Assembly (NCBI GenBank): GCA_035252905.1
Contig: DATFCQ010000051.1
Span: 317 to 64,316, forward strand
Length of the DNA: 64,000 bases
Source of the DNA: Stellaceae bacterium
GTDB lineage: Bacteria; Pseudomonadota; Alphaproteobacteria; ATCC43930; CGMCC-115725
Direction of reading: 5' to 3'
This document shows positions 52,142 through 61,772 of the stretch, piece after piece. How positions within the stretch are numbered: the first letter of the stretch is position 1; each line of letters opens with the position of its first letter. A program made the position numbers and the translations under genes. The notes under the pieces are model-generated. The model worked only from the letters and a program-made list of their open reading frames with translations, had not been told where the DNA came from and did not search any database.

Positions 52142-53463
52142 CGGAGCATCTCGTCCAGGTAAGGAAAGCGCGCCCGCTCCCGCGGCCAGAATGTGCCGTC
52201 GGCGAACCCGGCGCACAGGTCTTCATGGCTGCAGCCCAACAAGCCCTCGACGATCTCCCTTGTGTGCTGCCCGATCAGCGGGCTCGGCAAATGATTGAAC
52301 GCCGGGGTTTCGGACAGTTTGAACGGGGCATTCTGTACCTTGTGCTCTCCGAGCGCCGGGTGCTCCATCGCCCGATACATCTCGCGGTGGCGCAATTGCG
52401 GGTCGTGCTCGACCCGGTCTTCGGCGCTTTGCACCGGAAGGGCGCGAACGCCGGCAGCCTGGCAGCGCTCGGTCAATTCGTACTTCCCCAATGTCGTGCT
52501 CCACATTTCGATCGACTCGTCCAACTCCTCCTGGTGCTGCAGGCGGGCTGCGATCGTGGCGAATTTCGGCGAGGCGGCCCAGGTCGGGGCGCCCATCACC
52601 TGCACCAGCCGTCGCCATTCCTCGTCGCAACAGCAGACGATCACGCACCAATCGTTGTACCCGCCGGGATAGGTGCGATAGGCATTGTGGGGTGCGACCG
52701 TCGGCCCGCGGTAATTGTTGACCAGCGGCGTACCGGGCCAATGCGCGCGGTTGCCGGGAGGATAGCCGGCGCGGCGCGTTCCCCGCCCGTTGACCGTGAA
52801 GTCCAGCAGCGCCGGGCCGTTGAGCGGAACGCTCGCCACCATCTGGGACAGGTCGATGTGCTGGCCCTGCCCCGTCCTGTTGCGATGGTAAAGGCCGGTG
52901 AGGGCGCACATCGCCCCGTACATGCCGCCGGTATCGTCCATATACGACCAGCCCCAACCGGCCGGCGGTTTGTCCGGCAGGCCGGAGATGGAGGTCAGTC
53001 CCGAGACCGCCTGGGCGACGGGACCGAAGGTCGTGTAAGGGTGATGCCGGCCGGTATGACCGTAGCCCGACATCGACACATAGACGATATCGGGTTTGAT
53101 CCGGCGCAGCTCCTCGTAGCCGAGGCCCCAGTTCCGCAGCACCCGCGAGCTGAAATTCTCGATCACGAGGTCGGAGACGGCGATCAGCCGCCTGGCGATC
53201 TCCAGGCCCTTGGCGCTGCGCACGTTCAGGGTGAGGCTCTTCTTGTTGACGTTGGTGTCATTGAAGTTTCCCGAAGTGTTCAGATTGACCTCGAGATGCT
53301 GCGGGGTGGTGGTGCTGGGCAATCTGCCGCGCTCGTTCTCCGGCCACTCGATCTTGATGATCTCGGCTCCGAGGGCGCCGAGCCAGCGCGTCGCCCACGG
53401 CCCGGCCCGCACCCAGCTGAAATCCACCACGCGAATGTTTTCGAGGGCTCGCGGTCGAGACAT
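52138..53463 (-). CDS. family III CoA-transferase (type 'B', resembles C-half of the fused gene)
   Basis: Within ORF 52138..53877. ATG 53463 has GGAGGA upstream. LENIRVVDFSWVRAGPWATRWLGALGAEIIKIEWPE. Confidence 0.9.
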   Translation of the reverse strand: MSRPRALENIRVVDFSWVRAGPWATRWLGALGAEIIKIEWPENERGRLPSTTTPQHLEVNLNTSGNFNDTNVNKKSLTLNVRSAKGLEIARRLIAVSDLVIENFSSRVLRNWGLGYEELRRIKPDIVYVSMSGYGHTGRHHPYTTFGPVAQAVSGLTSISGLPDKPPAGWGWSYMDDTGGMYGAMCALTGLYHRNRTGQGQHIDLSQMVASVPLNGPALLDFTVNGRGTRRAGYPPGNRAHWPGTPLVNNYRGPTVAPHNAYRTYPGGYNDWCVIVCCCDEEWRRLVQVMGAPTWAASPKFATIAARLQHQEELDESIEMWSTTLGKYELTERCQAAGVRALPVQSAEDRVEHDPQLRHREMYRAMEHPALGEHKVQNAPFKLSETPAFNHLPSPLIGQHTREIVEGLLGCSHEDLCAGFADGTFWPRERARFPYLDEMLR

Positions 53464-53495
53464 CGCATCGTCCTCCGACCGGGATCGGGCCTCTG

Positions 53496-54716
53496 TCACC
53501 GCCGCTCCCCCGGCGATGCGGCCGTCACCCCGGCTTCTGCGAGGCGGGCGATCTCCTCTGCGGCGAACCCGGCCTCGCTCAGCACTTCGGCAGTGTGTTC
53601 GCCGATGCGCGGCGGCTGCCGGCGAAGGCCCGGCCTCTGCCGGTCGCCGCCGAACTCGACCGGCAAGGCCGGCAATCCCGCGATCCTGCCGTCCTCGCCG
53701 CCAAAGCGGGAGATGAACACGTCGACCAGTCCGCCGGTCGCCAACAGATGCGGGTCGTCGAACAGATCGCCCGGCTGCCCGACCGGCGCCCAGGACACGT
53801 TCGCCCGCTCGCAGCGGCGCGCGACCTCGTCCTGCGGCAGTGTCGCCAACGCCTCCTGCAGGGCCGGGATCAGCCACGCCCGCTCAGCCAGTCGCATGAC
53901 ATTGGTGGCGAGCCGCGGATCGGCCGCCAGGTCCTGCAGGCCGAACTCCTCGACAAAGCGGGCCCATTGCTGATCGCTGGTGACGCCGATGAACAACTGG
54001 CCGCCGCCCGCGGTCCGGAACACCTCATAAACCGCCCAGGCGCCGCGCCGCGTCGGCATCGGCCGCGCGTCGAGACCGGTGGCGGCCATGCCGGCCATAT
54101 GGGTGCTCATCAGGAAGGCGGCGCTCTCGAACAGCGCGCTCGATACGCGCTGACCCGTGCCGGTGATCTCGCGCTCGCGCAAGGCGGCCTCCACCGCGAT
54201 GACGCCGAACAGGGCGCCCATGATGTCGATGACCGAAGCGCCGGCGCGGAGCGGCTGCCCGGGCGGCCCGGTCATGAAGGCGAGACCGGTGTGGAACTGC
54301 ACGACTTCGTCGAGCGCCGGGCGGTGCTCGTAGGGACCAGCGAGATAGCCTTTCAGCGCGAGATAAACGAGGCGCGGATTGAGCGGCGCCAATTGCTCGT
54401 AGCCGCAGCCGTTCCGCTCCATCGTGCCGGGCCCGAAATTCTCCAGCACGACATCGACGGTCGGGACCAGGCGGTGGATCACCGCCTGGCCTTCCCGGCG
54501 TTTCAGATCGACCGCGAGGCTGCGCTTGTTGCGGTTGAAGGCCGCAAAGAAGCCGGCGCCGAAACCGCCCAGTCGGCGGGTATGGTCGCCGCCCGGCGCC
54601 AACTCGACCTTGACCACGTCGGCGCCAAGCTCGGCGAATACCAGCCCGGCCGTCGGTCCCATGACCGTATGGCTGAACTCCAGGACCCTGATGCCGGCCA
54701 GCGGCGTTGCCGGCAT
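53496..54716 (-). CDS. family III CoA-transferase (CaiB/BaiF)
   Basis: 406-aa ORF with LAGIRVLEFSHTVMGPTAGLVFAELGADVVKVE. The start overlaps the upstream stop by 1 nt (TGATG). Confidence 0.9.
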   Translation of the reverse strand: MPATPLAGIRVLEFSHTVMGPTAGLVFAELGADVVKVELAPGGDHTRRLGGFGAGFFAAFNRNKRSLAVDLKRREGQAVIHRLVPTVDVVLENFGPGTMERNGCGYEQLAPLNPRLVYLALKGYLAGPYEHRPALDEVVQFHTGLAFMTGPPGQPLRAGASVIDIMGALFGVIAVEAALREREITGTGQRVSSALFESAAFLMSTHMAGMAATGLDARPMPTRRGAWAVYEVFRTAGGGQLFIGVTSDQQWARFVEEFGLQDLAADPRLATNVMRLAERAWLIPALQEALATLPQDEVARRCERANVSWAPVGQPGDLFDDPHLLATGGLVDVFISRFGGEDGRIAGLPALPVEFGGDRQRPGLRRQPPRIGEHTAEVLSEAGFAAEEIARLAEAGVTAASPGERR

Positions 54717-55678
54717 CAGGCCGCCGCCCGGCGGCGGAACGCGTCGAGGCTGCCGGCGTGAATCAATTCGCCCGGCAATTGGTGCCCGACGATCTCTTCG
54801 GCCATGCGTCCGACCTCGATCAGCGCGTCAAGATCGACGCCGGTGTCGATGCCCATCTCTTCGCACAGCAGCACCAGTTCCTCGGTGCAGATGTTGCCGG
54901 CCGCTTTCGGCTGACCGGCGAAGGGGCATCCGCCGAGGCCGCCGACGGTCGAGTCGAACTGCGTCACCCCCATCTTCAGCCCGGCATGCGCGTTGGCGAC
55001 CGCCAATCCGCGCGTGTCGTGCAGATGCAATGCAATCGGCACCTCCGGCCAGCGGCTGCGCACCTCGCCGAGCACGCGCTCGATGCGCATCGGCGTCGCC
55101 CACCCCATCGTGTCGGCGAGCGAGAAGTATTTGATCTCGGCGCCGGCCTCCTCGGCGATCGCGAGCCCGTCCTCCAGAGTCGAGACGACCTGCGCCGGCG
55201 CGATGTCGCCCTGGTAATTGCAGCCGAACGCCGCCATCACGCCGATGCGCGGCACCGCGACCCCGTTTTCGAGATGCAAGGCGGTCTGCTTCTTCATCGC
55301 CTCGACGTTTTCTTTGTGGCTGCGATGCAGGTTCTTCTGCGTGAACGCCTCGGACGCGGTCAGCGCGATCGAGCCGGTGATCGTCAATTTGTTGCGAAAC
55401 ACCAAGGCGCGGTTGAGGCCGCTCGCATTGAACCACAGCGCGGTGTAGTGCACGCCGTCCTTCGGCGTGAAGCCCGACACCACGTCTTCCGCATCCGCCC
55501 AGCCCGGAACGATGCGCGGGCTGACGAACGAGGCGGCCTGGATGTGATGCAGGCCGGTTTCGGCCAGAGCCTCGATCAATTTGATCTTGTCCGCGGTGCC
55601 GATCGGGCCGGGTTCGATTTGGAAACCCTCGCGCGGGCCTTCCTCATGGATGTCCACATGCTTCGGGAGATCGCTCAT
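54716..55678 (-). CDS. hydroxymethylglutaryl-CoA lyase-like (DRE-TIM / pyruvate carboxyltransferase domain) protein
   Basis: 320-aa ORF with HEEGPREGFQ, LHLHDTRGLAVANA and GLGGCPFAG. Confidence 0.88.
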   Translation of the reverse strand: MSDLPKHVDIHEEGPREGFQIEPGPIGTADKIKLIEALAETGLHHIQAASFVSPRIVPGWADAEDVVSGFTPKDGVHYTALWFNASGLNRALVFRNKLTITGSIALTASEAFTQKNLHRSHKENVEAMKKQTALHLENGVAVPRIGVMAAFGCNYQGDIAPAQVVSTLEDGLAIAEEAGAEIKYFSLADTMGWATPMRIERVLGEVRSRWPEVPIALHLHDTRGLAVANAHAGLKMGVTQFDSTVGGLGGCPFAGQPKAAGNICTEELVLLCEEMGIDTGVDLDALIEVGRMAEEIVGHQLPGELIHAGSLDAFRRRAAA

Positions 55679-55805
55679 CGTGTCTTCGCCTTGTCAGCGA
55701 TTGGGGAATGAGGGAGGTGCATCAAGCCCTGAAAATGCCGCCTGGTCCAGTCCGCAGTTTGCTCCCTGCGCTCCACATTTTCCCTCCCGGCGCCGTTGCG
55801 GAGCG

Positions 55806-56636
55806 TTACGGCTTCAGGAAATCGCGCACGCGCTCGATCTCCCCGATCGCGCCGAATTGCGAGCCGATCAGGATCTCCTCGAAACCCAATTGCTCGACAC
55901 GTTTGATGCGCCGGCGCGCCTCCTCCGGCGAACAGATGAAATTGACCGACGCCGCCTTCGCCAATTCTGCGGATTGGGGACGCTCGGCGAGGTCGATCGA
56001 GCAGTTGGCGAGGACGGCATTGGTCCCGCCGGCCTCGCGATAGATCTTCATGCCGTGTTCGAGATCGTCCCAGCTGCTGAACCGACCGGACGGGGTCCAG
56101 CCCTGGGCCTCTTTGGCGGCGTAGGTGATCCAGCGCGGGCTGCGCCAGGCGCCGATCAGGATCGGCGGCCCGCCCTTGCATCCGGGCCAGGTCGACAATG
56201 TGCCGCCATTGACCGGCTCGCCGTTCCACACGCGACGCAGGATTTCGAGATCGTTTTTGAAGGTGCGAAAACGGTGATCGTAATCGTAGCCGAGCAGCGT
56301 GAAATCGTCGCGCGTCGAGCCGCTGCCGGCGCCGAGGATCAGGCGGTTGTTCGACATCGCCTGAAGCGATTGCACCCGATGGGCAAGCTCGATCGGGTTG
56401 CGCAACGGGAGTTGCAATACGGCGATCCCGAGTTCGACCCGCCGCGTCACCGCGGCGAGCGCCGTCAGGACCTGGAGCGAATCCAGCGTGGGCCGGCCGC
56501 GGCCCAGCGAATCCCCGATCCAGATCCCGGGAAACCCTCTGGCCTCGACCTCGCGGGCAAAATCGATGATGCGATCCATCAAGCCGCTGTCGGGGTTCGC
56601 CCCGGGGCTGATCCGGATCATCGTGCTGACGCGCAT
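55806..56636 (-). CDS. LLM-class flavin/F420-dependent oxidoreductase
   Basis: 276-aa ORF with GFPGIWIGDSLG, LGIAVLQLPLRNP and LILGAGSG. Confidence 0.85.
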   Translation of the reverse strand: MRVSTMIRISPGANPDSGLMDRIIDFAREVEARGFPGIWIGDSLGRGRPTLDSLQVLTALAAVTRRVELGIAVLQLPLRNPIELAHRVQSLQAMSNNRLILGAGSGSTRDDFTLLGYDYDHRFRTFKNDLEILRRVWNGEPVNGGTLSTWPGCKGGPPILIGAWRSPRWITYAAKEAQGWTPSGRFSSWDDLEHGMKIYREAGGTNAVLANCSIDLAERPQSAELAKAASVNFICSPEEARRRIKRVEQLGFEEILIGSQFGAIGEIERVRDFLKP

Positions 56637-56706
56637 GTGCCCTCTCCTCTCATGGCGGACGATCGCGAAGAGCGTAAATTCAGAGGCAGGGAAGCCTGAT
56701 GCCGCC

Positions 56707-57546
56707 TCAACCGCGCAGTTGGCGGATGTGGCCGGCCCACTTGTCCAATATCGGCAGGATGTCGTCGCGGGCTTCCGACATCAGGCTGACGTTGACCCGG
56801 GCCGCGCCGAGGTCACGGAACCGTTTCAGCGCGTCGAGATCGTCGGGGGCGCCGCCAATCGTGACCGGCAGAGAGGCAGGATCGCGCCCGGCCTCCTGCG
56901 CCATCCTGCGGAACGCCGGCAGATAGTCCTCGGGATTTCCGCTTGCGGCGTTCGGGTACCAGCCGTCGCCGTAGCGAATCGCGCGCCGCGCCGCCCACGG
57001 AAAGGCGCCGCCGAGAATGACCGGCGGATGCGGTTTCTGCACCGGTTTCGGCCAGGTCATGATCGTATCGAAATTGACAAGCTCGCCGTGGTATTCCGGT
57101 TTCGTCTCGGTCCAGATCGCCTTCATGGCCGCGATCTGCTCGCGCATCTTTTTCATACGGGTGGCAAAGACGGTGCCGTGGTTCTCGATTTCTTCCTGGT
57201 TCCATCCGCCGCCGATGCCAAACAGGAAACGCCCACCCGAGAGCTGATCGAGCGAGGCGACAAGCTTGGCGGTCTGGATCGTGTCGCGCTGGATCACGAG
57301 GCAGATGCCGGTCGCGATTTTGAGCCATTTGGTCGCGCAAGCGGCGGCGGTCAGGGTGACGAACGGGTCCATCACGTCGTAATAGCGCTTGCCCAGCTCG
57401 CTGTCGGCCCGCGTGCGGCGCGGCACCGGGATGTGCGAATGCTCGGCGGCCCATAGCGAATCGAAGCCGCGCTCCTCCAGGGCGACCGCCAGCTCGGCCG
57501 GGGTGATCGAGTAATCGGTGAAAAAGATCGAGACGCCGAATTCCAT
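56707..57546 (-). CDS. LLM-class oxidoreductase (Rv2161c-like F420-dependent subfamily by recollection)
   Basis: 279-aa ORF with MEFGVSIFFTDYSITPAELAVALEERGFDSLWAAEHSHIP and GRFLFGIGGGW. Confidence 0.87.
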   Translation of the reverse strand: MEFGVSIFFTDYSITPAELAVALEERGFDSLWAAEHSHIPVPRRTRADSELGKRYYDVMDPFVTLTAAACATKWLKIATGICLVIQRDTIQTAKLVASLDQLSGGRFLFGIGGGWNQEEIENHGTVFATRMKKMREQIAAMKAIWTETKPEYHGELVNFDTIMTWPKPVQKPHPPVILGGAFPWAARRAIRYGDGWYPNAASGNPEDYLPAFRRMAQEAGRDPASLPVTIGGAPDDLDALKRFRDLGAARVNVSLMSEARDDILPILDKWAGHIRQLRG

Positions 57547-58064
57547 GGGGCCCTCCCAGACCGCACGTGAAGACCGATGCTAAGCGGGCCTATAGGGGCC
57601 GATCAACAGATCGCAGCGTTGAATCTCAGCGGCAGGATGATTCGTGATGCGAGAGGACCCCGTGGCTGGCGCGTCTCCTATCGTAGCGGACGCGGCGCAG
57701 CTCGCGGGGCCGTCAGAACCCTCAATACCGAACGGAATGGCCATCCGCTGACCAATCTATGCATGGCTGCTTAGCGGCGGGTCGATGTCCGGCGCGCGGG
57801 CGGGATGCGCTGCCTCGCCTTGCGTTACCGCCCGAGCGTGAAAACGGGTCTTGATCGACAATAGTGGTGGTCATCCGTACCGCCGAGACGTAGCGCGTCG
57901 TATCATGCTAAGGTCGTTCGTCGGACGCCCATTCTGGACGCCTTCTGCACCTTTTGCCGGCGCACCGCGCAGGGTGCGGCGGATCGCACCGCTAAAGCGC
58001 GTTAAGTCCGGCCTGGCCTTCGAGCGACCGAGGCGGCCGCGGACAGCCCCAGGCGGGGAGCGTC

Positions 58065-59216
58065 ATGGAAGAGACAGCATCGCCCCGCGCACCCGAGAGC
58101 GCCTCCCCGGCACCGGCGGCGCGACAGGAGCTGCGGGTTGGACGGGCGCCGCTGCGGCGGCTCCGCGCGCCGCGGGGGCTGGTCCTGCGGCTTGCTATAT
58201 TGGCAGTGGCGGGCGCGATCGTCGTTCTGTTCACGACTCAGTGGAACCGCTGGATCGGCGACAGCGTCCGGCAGCAGACCGACGACGCCTATATCCGCGG
58301 CGACCTCACTCCGCTCAGCGCCCAGGTTGACGGGGACGTGCAGCGCGTCGCGGTCGACGACTTCCAAGAGGTCAAGAAGGGCGACCTGCTGGTGCAGATC
58401 GACGATGCCGACTACACGGCGCGCGTCGCGCAGGCCGAAGCGGCCCTCCTCGGCGCTCAGGCCGCGATCGCCAACATCAAGGCCCGAAAAGCGACGCAAA
58501 AGGCCCAGGTGGCCGAGGCGGAGGACGCGATCCGCGCCACCGCAGCCGATGTCCAGCAGACCCATGAAGAGGCGGTGCGCCAGCGCGCCCTGCTCGCCGC
58601 TACCTTCGGCACTCGGCAAAAGGTCGAGCAGGCGGACGCCGCGGCCCGGCGCTTTGCGGCGACCTTGGCGCGCGACCAGGCCGCGCTTGCCGCCCAGCAG
58701 CGCGACCTGGCGGTGCTCGACACGCAAGAGTCGGGATTGCGCGCCGACGTGAAGGCCAAGAAGGCGGCGCTCGACCTCGCCAGGATCGCTCTCGGCTACA
58801 CCCGCATCACCGCGCCGGTCAGCGGCGAGGTCAGCGAGCGCGGCGTGCAGGCCGGACAATATGTCCATGCCGGGGCCCAGGTGATCGCGATCGTGCCGCT
58901 CAACAACGTCTGGGTCATCGCCAACTACCTGGAAACCCAGCTCACCCACGTCGCGATCGGCCAGAAGGCGGAAGTCCGCGTCGACAGCTTTCCGGGCGTC
59001 GTCATCAAGGCCCGCGTCGACAGCATCGCGCCGGCAAGCGGCGCGCAGTTCAGCCTGCTGCCGCCCGACAATGCGACCGGCAACTTCACCAAGGTCGTGC
59101 AGCGCATTCCGGTCAAGTTGCGGCTCGACCCCGACAACCCGCTCAGGGGCAGATTGCGCCCCGGCATGTCGGTCGAGGCGACGATCCTGACGGACAGCAA
59201 GCCGGCCGCGCGATGA
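58065..59216 (+). CDS. HlyD/EmrA-family membrane-fusion (periplasmic adaptor) protein
   Basis: 383-aa ORF with a single N-terminal TM helix, TDDAYIRGDLTPLSAQVDGDV, a long coiled coil, and ITAPVSGEV...GQYV. Confidence 0.88.
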   Translation: MEETASPRAPESASPAPAARQELRVGRAPLRRLRAPRGLVLRLAILAVAGAIVVLFTTQWNRWIGDSVRQQTDDAYIRGDLTPLSAQVDGDVQRVAVDDFQEVKKGDLLVQIDDADYTARVAQAEAALLGAQAAIANIKARKATQKAQVAEAEDAIRATAADVQQTHEEAVRQRALLAATFGTRQKVEQADAAARRFAATLARDQAALAAQQRDLAVLDTQESGLRADVKAKKAALDLARIALGYTRITAPVSGEVSERGVQAGQYVHAGAQVIAIVPLNNVWVIANYLETQLTHVAIGQKAEVRVDSFPGVVIKARVDSIAPASGAQFSLLPPDNATGNFTKVVQRIPVKLRLDPDNPLRGRLRPGMSVEATILTDSKPAAR

Positions 59217-60814
59217 CGATCGCCGCCGGCATCGCCGCCGCCACGGCACTGCCTTTCGCGCTGCGCGGGCGCTGCGAGCGCCCGGTCATGGGCTGTGCGG
59301 CGGTGCTGGTCGGCGCGGTCGTCTCGACTCTCAACGCCCGGATCACCACCTTCGGCCTTGCCGACATCCGCGGCGGGCTCGGCCTCGGCGTCGACGAGGG
59401 GTCGTGGATCGCCACCGTGTTCTTCGCCGCGCAGATGGCGGTGACCCCGGCCGCTGCGTGGATGAGCACCGTCCTCAGCACACGGCGGGTGCTGCTGTGG
59501 ACCGGCACGGTCTTTGCCGCGCTGTCGATCCTGCCCCCCTTCCTCCACGACTATGATACCCTCATTGCCGTGCAATTCGTCCGCGGGCTCGCGGTGGGCG
59601 CCTTCATTCCCGCCGCCCTCGGTTTCATCCTCAGGAGCCTCGCGCCGCAATGGTGGATCTGGGGCATCGCGGCCTATGCCTTCCGCTTTGTCTTCTCGCA
59701 GAACATCGGCGGCGCGATCGAAGGGTTCTATGCCGACACCGGGCATTGGCAATGGATCTTTTGGCAGAACACGGCGCTGACGCCGGTGATGACGATCCTT
59801 GCCGCGATCGCGATGCCGCGCCGGCCGATCGACCGCGAGCTGTGGCATCGCACCGACTGGATGGGCATTGTCTATTCCGGCGTCGGCTTCGCCCTCCTCT
59901 ATGCCGGGCTCGACCAGGGCAACCGCCTCGACTGGCTCAATTCCGGCGCCGTCTCCGGCCTGCTCCTCGCCGGCGCATTGCTGGTCGCCGCTTTCGCCAT
60001 CCATGAAAGCCGCGCCGCATACCCGCTCATCCACCTGCGCGTCCTGGCCCAATCGAGCGTCTCGGTGCTGGTGGGGATCTTCGGCTTCGGCGTCATGGCG
60101 ACATCGTTCGTGCTGCCAAGCTACCTGACGGCGGTGCAGGGCTTGCGCGCCTTGCAGATCAGCGACGCACTCTACTGGGTCGCCCTGCCGCAAATCGTGC
60201 TGGTGCCGCTCGTCGCCCTGTTGGTGCAGCGGATCGATGCCCGCCTGCTCTTGACGCTCGGATTTGCCGTGATCGCGGTCGGCAGCTGGCTCGACACCGG
60301 CCTCACACATGACTGGGCGAGCGGCAATTTCGTGCCCTCCGCGGCGGTCGAGGCGGTCGGCCTCGCGCTCGCAATCACCGCCCTTATCACCTATGCGATC
60401 GCCAATATCACGCCGCCGCAAGCCGCGGCGATCGCTGCGACGATCCAGATCGCGCGGCTCCTCGGGAGCGAACTCGGCAACGCGCTGATGCAGACCTTTG
60501 TGCGGGTGCGCGAGCAGGTTTATTCGAACCTGATCGGTCTGCACCTGGTTGCCGGCTCGCCGGCGGCGGAGCACGCGACGGCGCTTCTGTCCGGCCCCTA
60601 TGTCAACCGCGCGGTGGGCGCCGGCAATGCGCCGCTCCAGGGTGTCGGCGTGCTCGCCGGACTGGTGCGGCGCGAGGCCTACGTGCTGGCCGACATCGAC
60701 GCCTTCTGGCTGATCGCCTGGGTGGCGGTCGCCGGCATCCTGCTCGTGCTGTTGCTGCGCCGCCCGCCGCCCAACCCCCTGACCCCGCCGCGCGTCGCCG
60801 TGAGCGGGCAATGA
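59213..60814 (+). CDS. MFS efflux transporter, DHA2/EmrB-like (14 TM)
   Basis: 533-aa ORF. The ATG overlaps the adaptor's stop (ATGA). It is multi-TM, with LNARITTFGLADIRGGLG and FVRGLAVGAFIPA. Confidence 0.88.
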   Translation: MTIAAGIAAATALPFALRGRCERPVMGCAAVLVGAVVSTLNARITTFGLADIRGGLGLGVDEGSWIATVFFAAQMAVTPAAAWMSTVLSTRRVLLWTGTVFAALSILPPFLHDYDTLIAVQFVRGLAVGAFIPAALGFILRSLAPQWWIWGIAAYAFRFVFSQNIGGAIEGFYADTGHWQWIFWQNTALTPVMTILAAIAMPRRPIDRELWHRTDWMGIVYSGVGFALLYAGLDQGNRLDWLNSGAVSGLLLAGALLVAAFAIHESRAAYPLIHLRVLAQSSVSVLVGIFGFGVMATSFVLPSYLTAVQGLRALQISDALYWVALPQIVLVPLVALLVQRIDARLLLTLGFAVIAVGSWLDTGLTHDWASGNFVPSAAVEAVGLALAITALITYAIANITPPQAAAIAATIQIARLLGSELGNALMQTFVRVREQVYSNLIGLHLVAGSPAAEHATALLSGPYVNRAVGAGNAPLQGVGVLAGLVRREAYVLADIDAFWLIAWVAVAGILLVLLLRRPPPNPLTPPRVAVSGQ

Positions 60815-60837
60815 CCGCCGCCATTGAAGGAGATCCG

Positions 60838-60969
60838 ATGAAAGCCGTTCGGATTCCCCCCTTCGATGGCGTCGAGGCGCTTGACTTCAGGGACGCCGTG
60901 TTGGCGGGCCGCTCCACCGGGCGGCGAAGCAGCGCGCCACCTCGGCCGCCACGGAACGAACCCGTTTGA
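60838..60969 (+). pseudogene. 43-codon remnant resembling the N-terminus of a quinone-oxidoreductase/MDR gene
   Basis: ATG 60838 has GAAGGA upstream. MKAVRIPPFDGVEALDFRDAVLAG matches the MDR N-terminal strand pattern, then degenerates (RSTGRRSSAPPRPP) and stops at 60967-60969. Confidence 0.4.
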
Positions 60970-61002
60970 GGGTCGCCCGTCATCGACAAGGGAGGTTAAA
61001 CC

Positions 61003-61755
61003 ATGAAGATCGTCGTCATCGGCGGCACCGGCCTGATCGGCTCGAAAACCGTCGCCATTCTGCGCCAGGACGGCCACGAGGTCGTCGCCGGCTCGCCCAA
61101 AACCGGCATCGACAGCATCACCGGCGAGGGGCTTAAAGAGGCCATGTCCGGCGCGCAGGTGGTGATCGACCTCACCAACTCGCCCTCATTTGAAGACAGG
61201 GCGGTGCTGGAATTCTTCGAGACTTCCGGGCGCAACCTTCTCCCGGCGGAGGCCGCAGCGGGCGTCCGGCACCACGTCGCGCTGTCCATCGTTGCCATCG
61301 ACCGGACCGACAATGGCTATTTTCGCGCCAAGGTCGCCCAGGAGAAACTGATCGAGGCCTCCGGCATCCCCTACACCATTATCCGCGCGACCCAGTTCCT
61401 GGAATTCCTCGGCGGCATCGCCGCTTCAAGCGCGGATGGAAACATCGTCAGGCTTCCGCCCGTCCTGTTCCAGCCCATCGCGGCGGACGACGTTGCTTCG
61501 ATCATCGCCGAGGTGGCGCTCGCGGCGCCGCGAAACGGCATCGTCGAGATCGCCGGCCCGGAACGAGCGCCGTTCAACGAAATCGTCGCCCGCTACCTGA
61601 GGGCGGTCGGCGACCCGCGTCAGGTCGTGCGCGACCCCGACGCCCGATATTGGGGCGGCCGGGTCGAGGAGCACTCGCTCGTGCCGTTGGGCGAGGCGCG
61701 CCTCGGCCGCATCGGTCTCGACGAATGGCTCCGCCGCGCACAGGCAGGAGCCTGA
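61003..61755 (+). CDS. NAD(P)H-binding protein (NmrA-like / atypical SDR)
   Basis: 250-aa ORF with MKIVVIGGTGLIGSKTV and IIRATQFLEF. GGGAGG lies upstream of the ATG. Confidence 0.88.
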   Translation: MKIVVIGGTGLIGSKTVAILRQDGHEVVAGSPKTGIDSITGEGLKEAMSGAQVVIDLTNSPSFEDRAVLEFFETSGRNLLPAEAAAGVRHHVALSIVAIDRTDNGYFRAKVAQEKLIEASGIPYTIIRATQFLEFLGGIAASSADGNIVRLPPVLFQPIAADDVASIIAEVALAAPRNGIVEIAGPERAPFNEIVARYLRAVGDPRQVVRDPDARYWGGRVEEHSLVPLGEARLGRIGLDEWLRRAQAGA

Positions 61756-61772
61756 TCCCGCATCTTCTCTTC

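Noticed and set aside
52142-52216. N-terminal extension of the CoA-transferase ORF (MRRVRRRHILAAGAGALSL..) resembling a twin-arginine signal
   Set aside because: Family III CoA-transferases are cytoplasmic. The extension lies entirely inside the upstream gene's 3' end, and GTG 52141 gives a canonical GTGA coupled start with the conserved LAGLRVLEL block about 12 residues in, as in the paralogues.
57547-58064. 518-bp gene-free leader upstream of the EmrA-like gene, examined for a riboswitch, sRNA or small regulator ORF
   Set aside because: I could not recognise any known riboswitch consensus or a convincing small ORF by eye. The listed ORFs (57577..57774, 57851..58330) have non-coding composition. 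It needs covariance-model or RNA-seq analysis.
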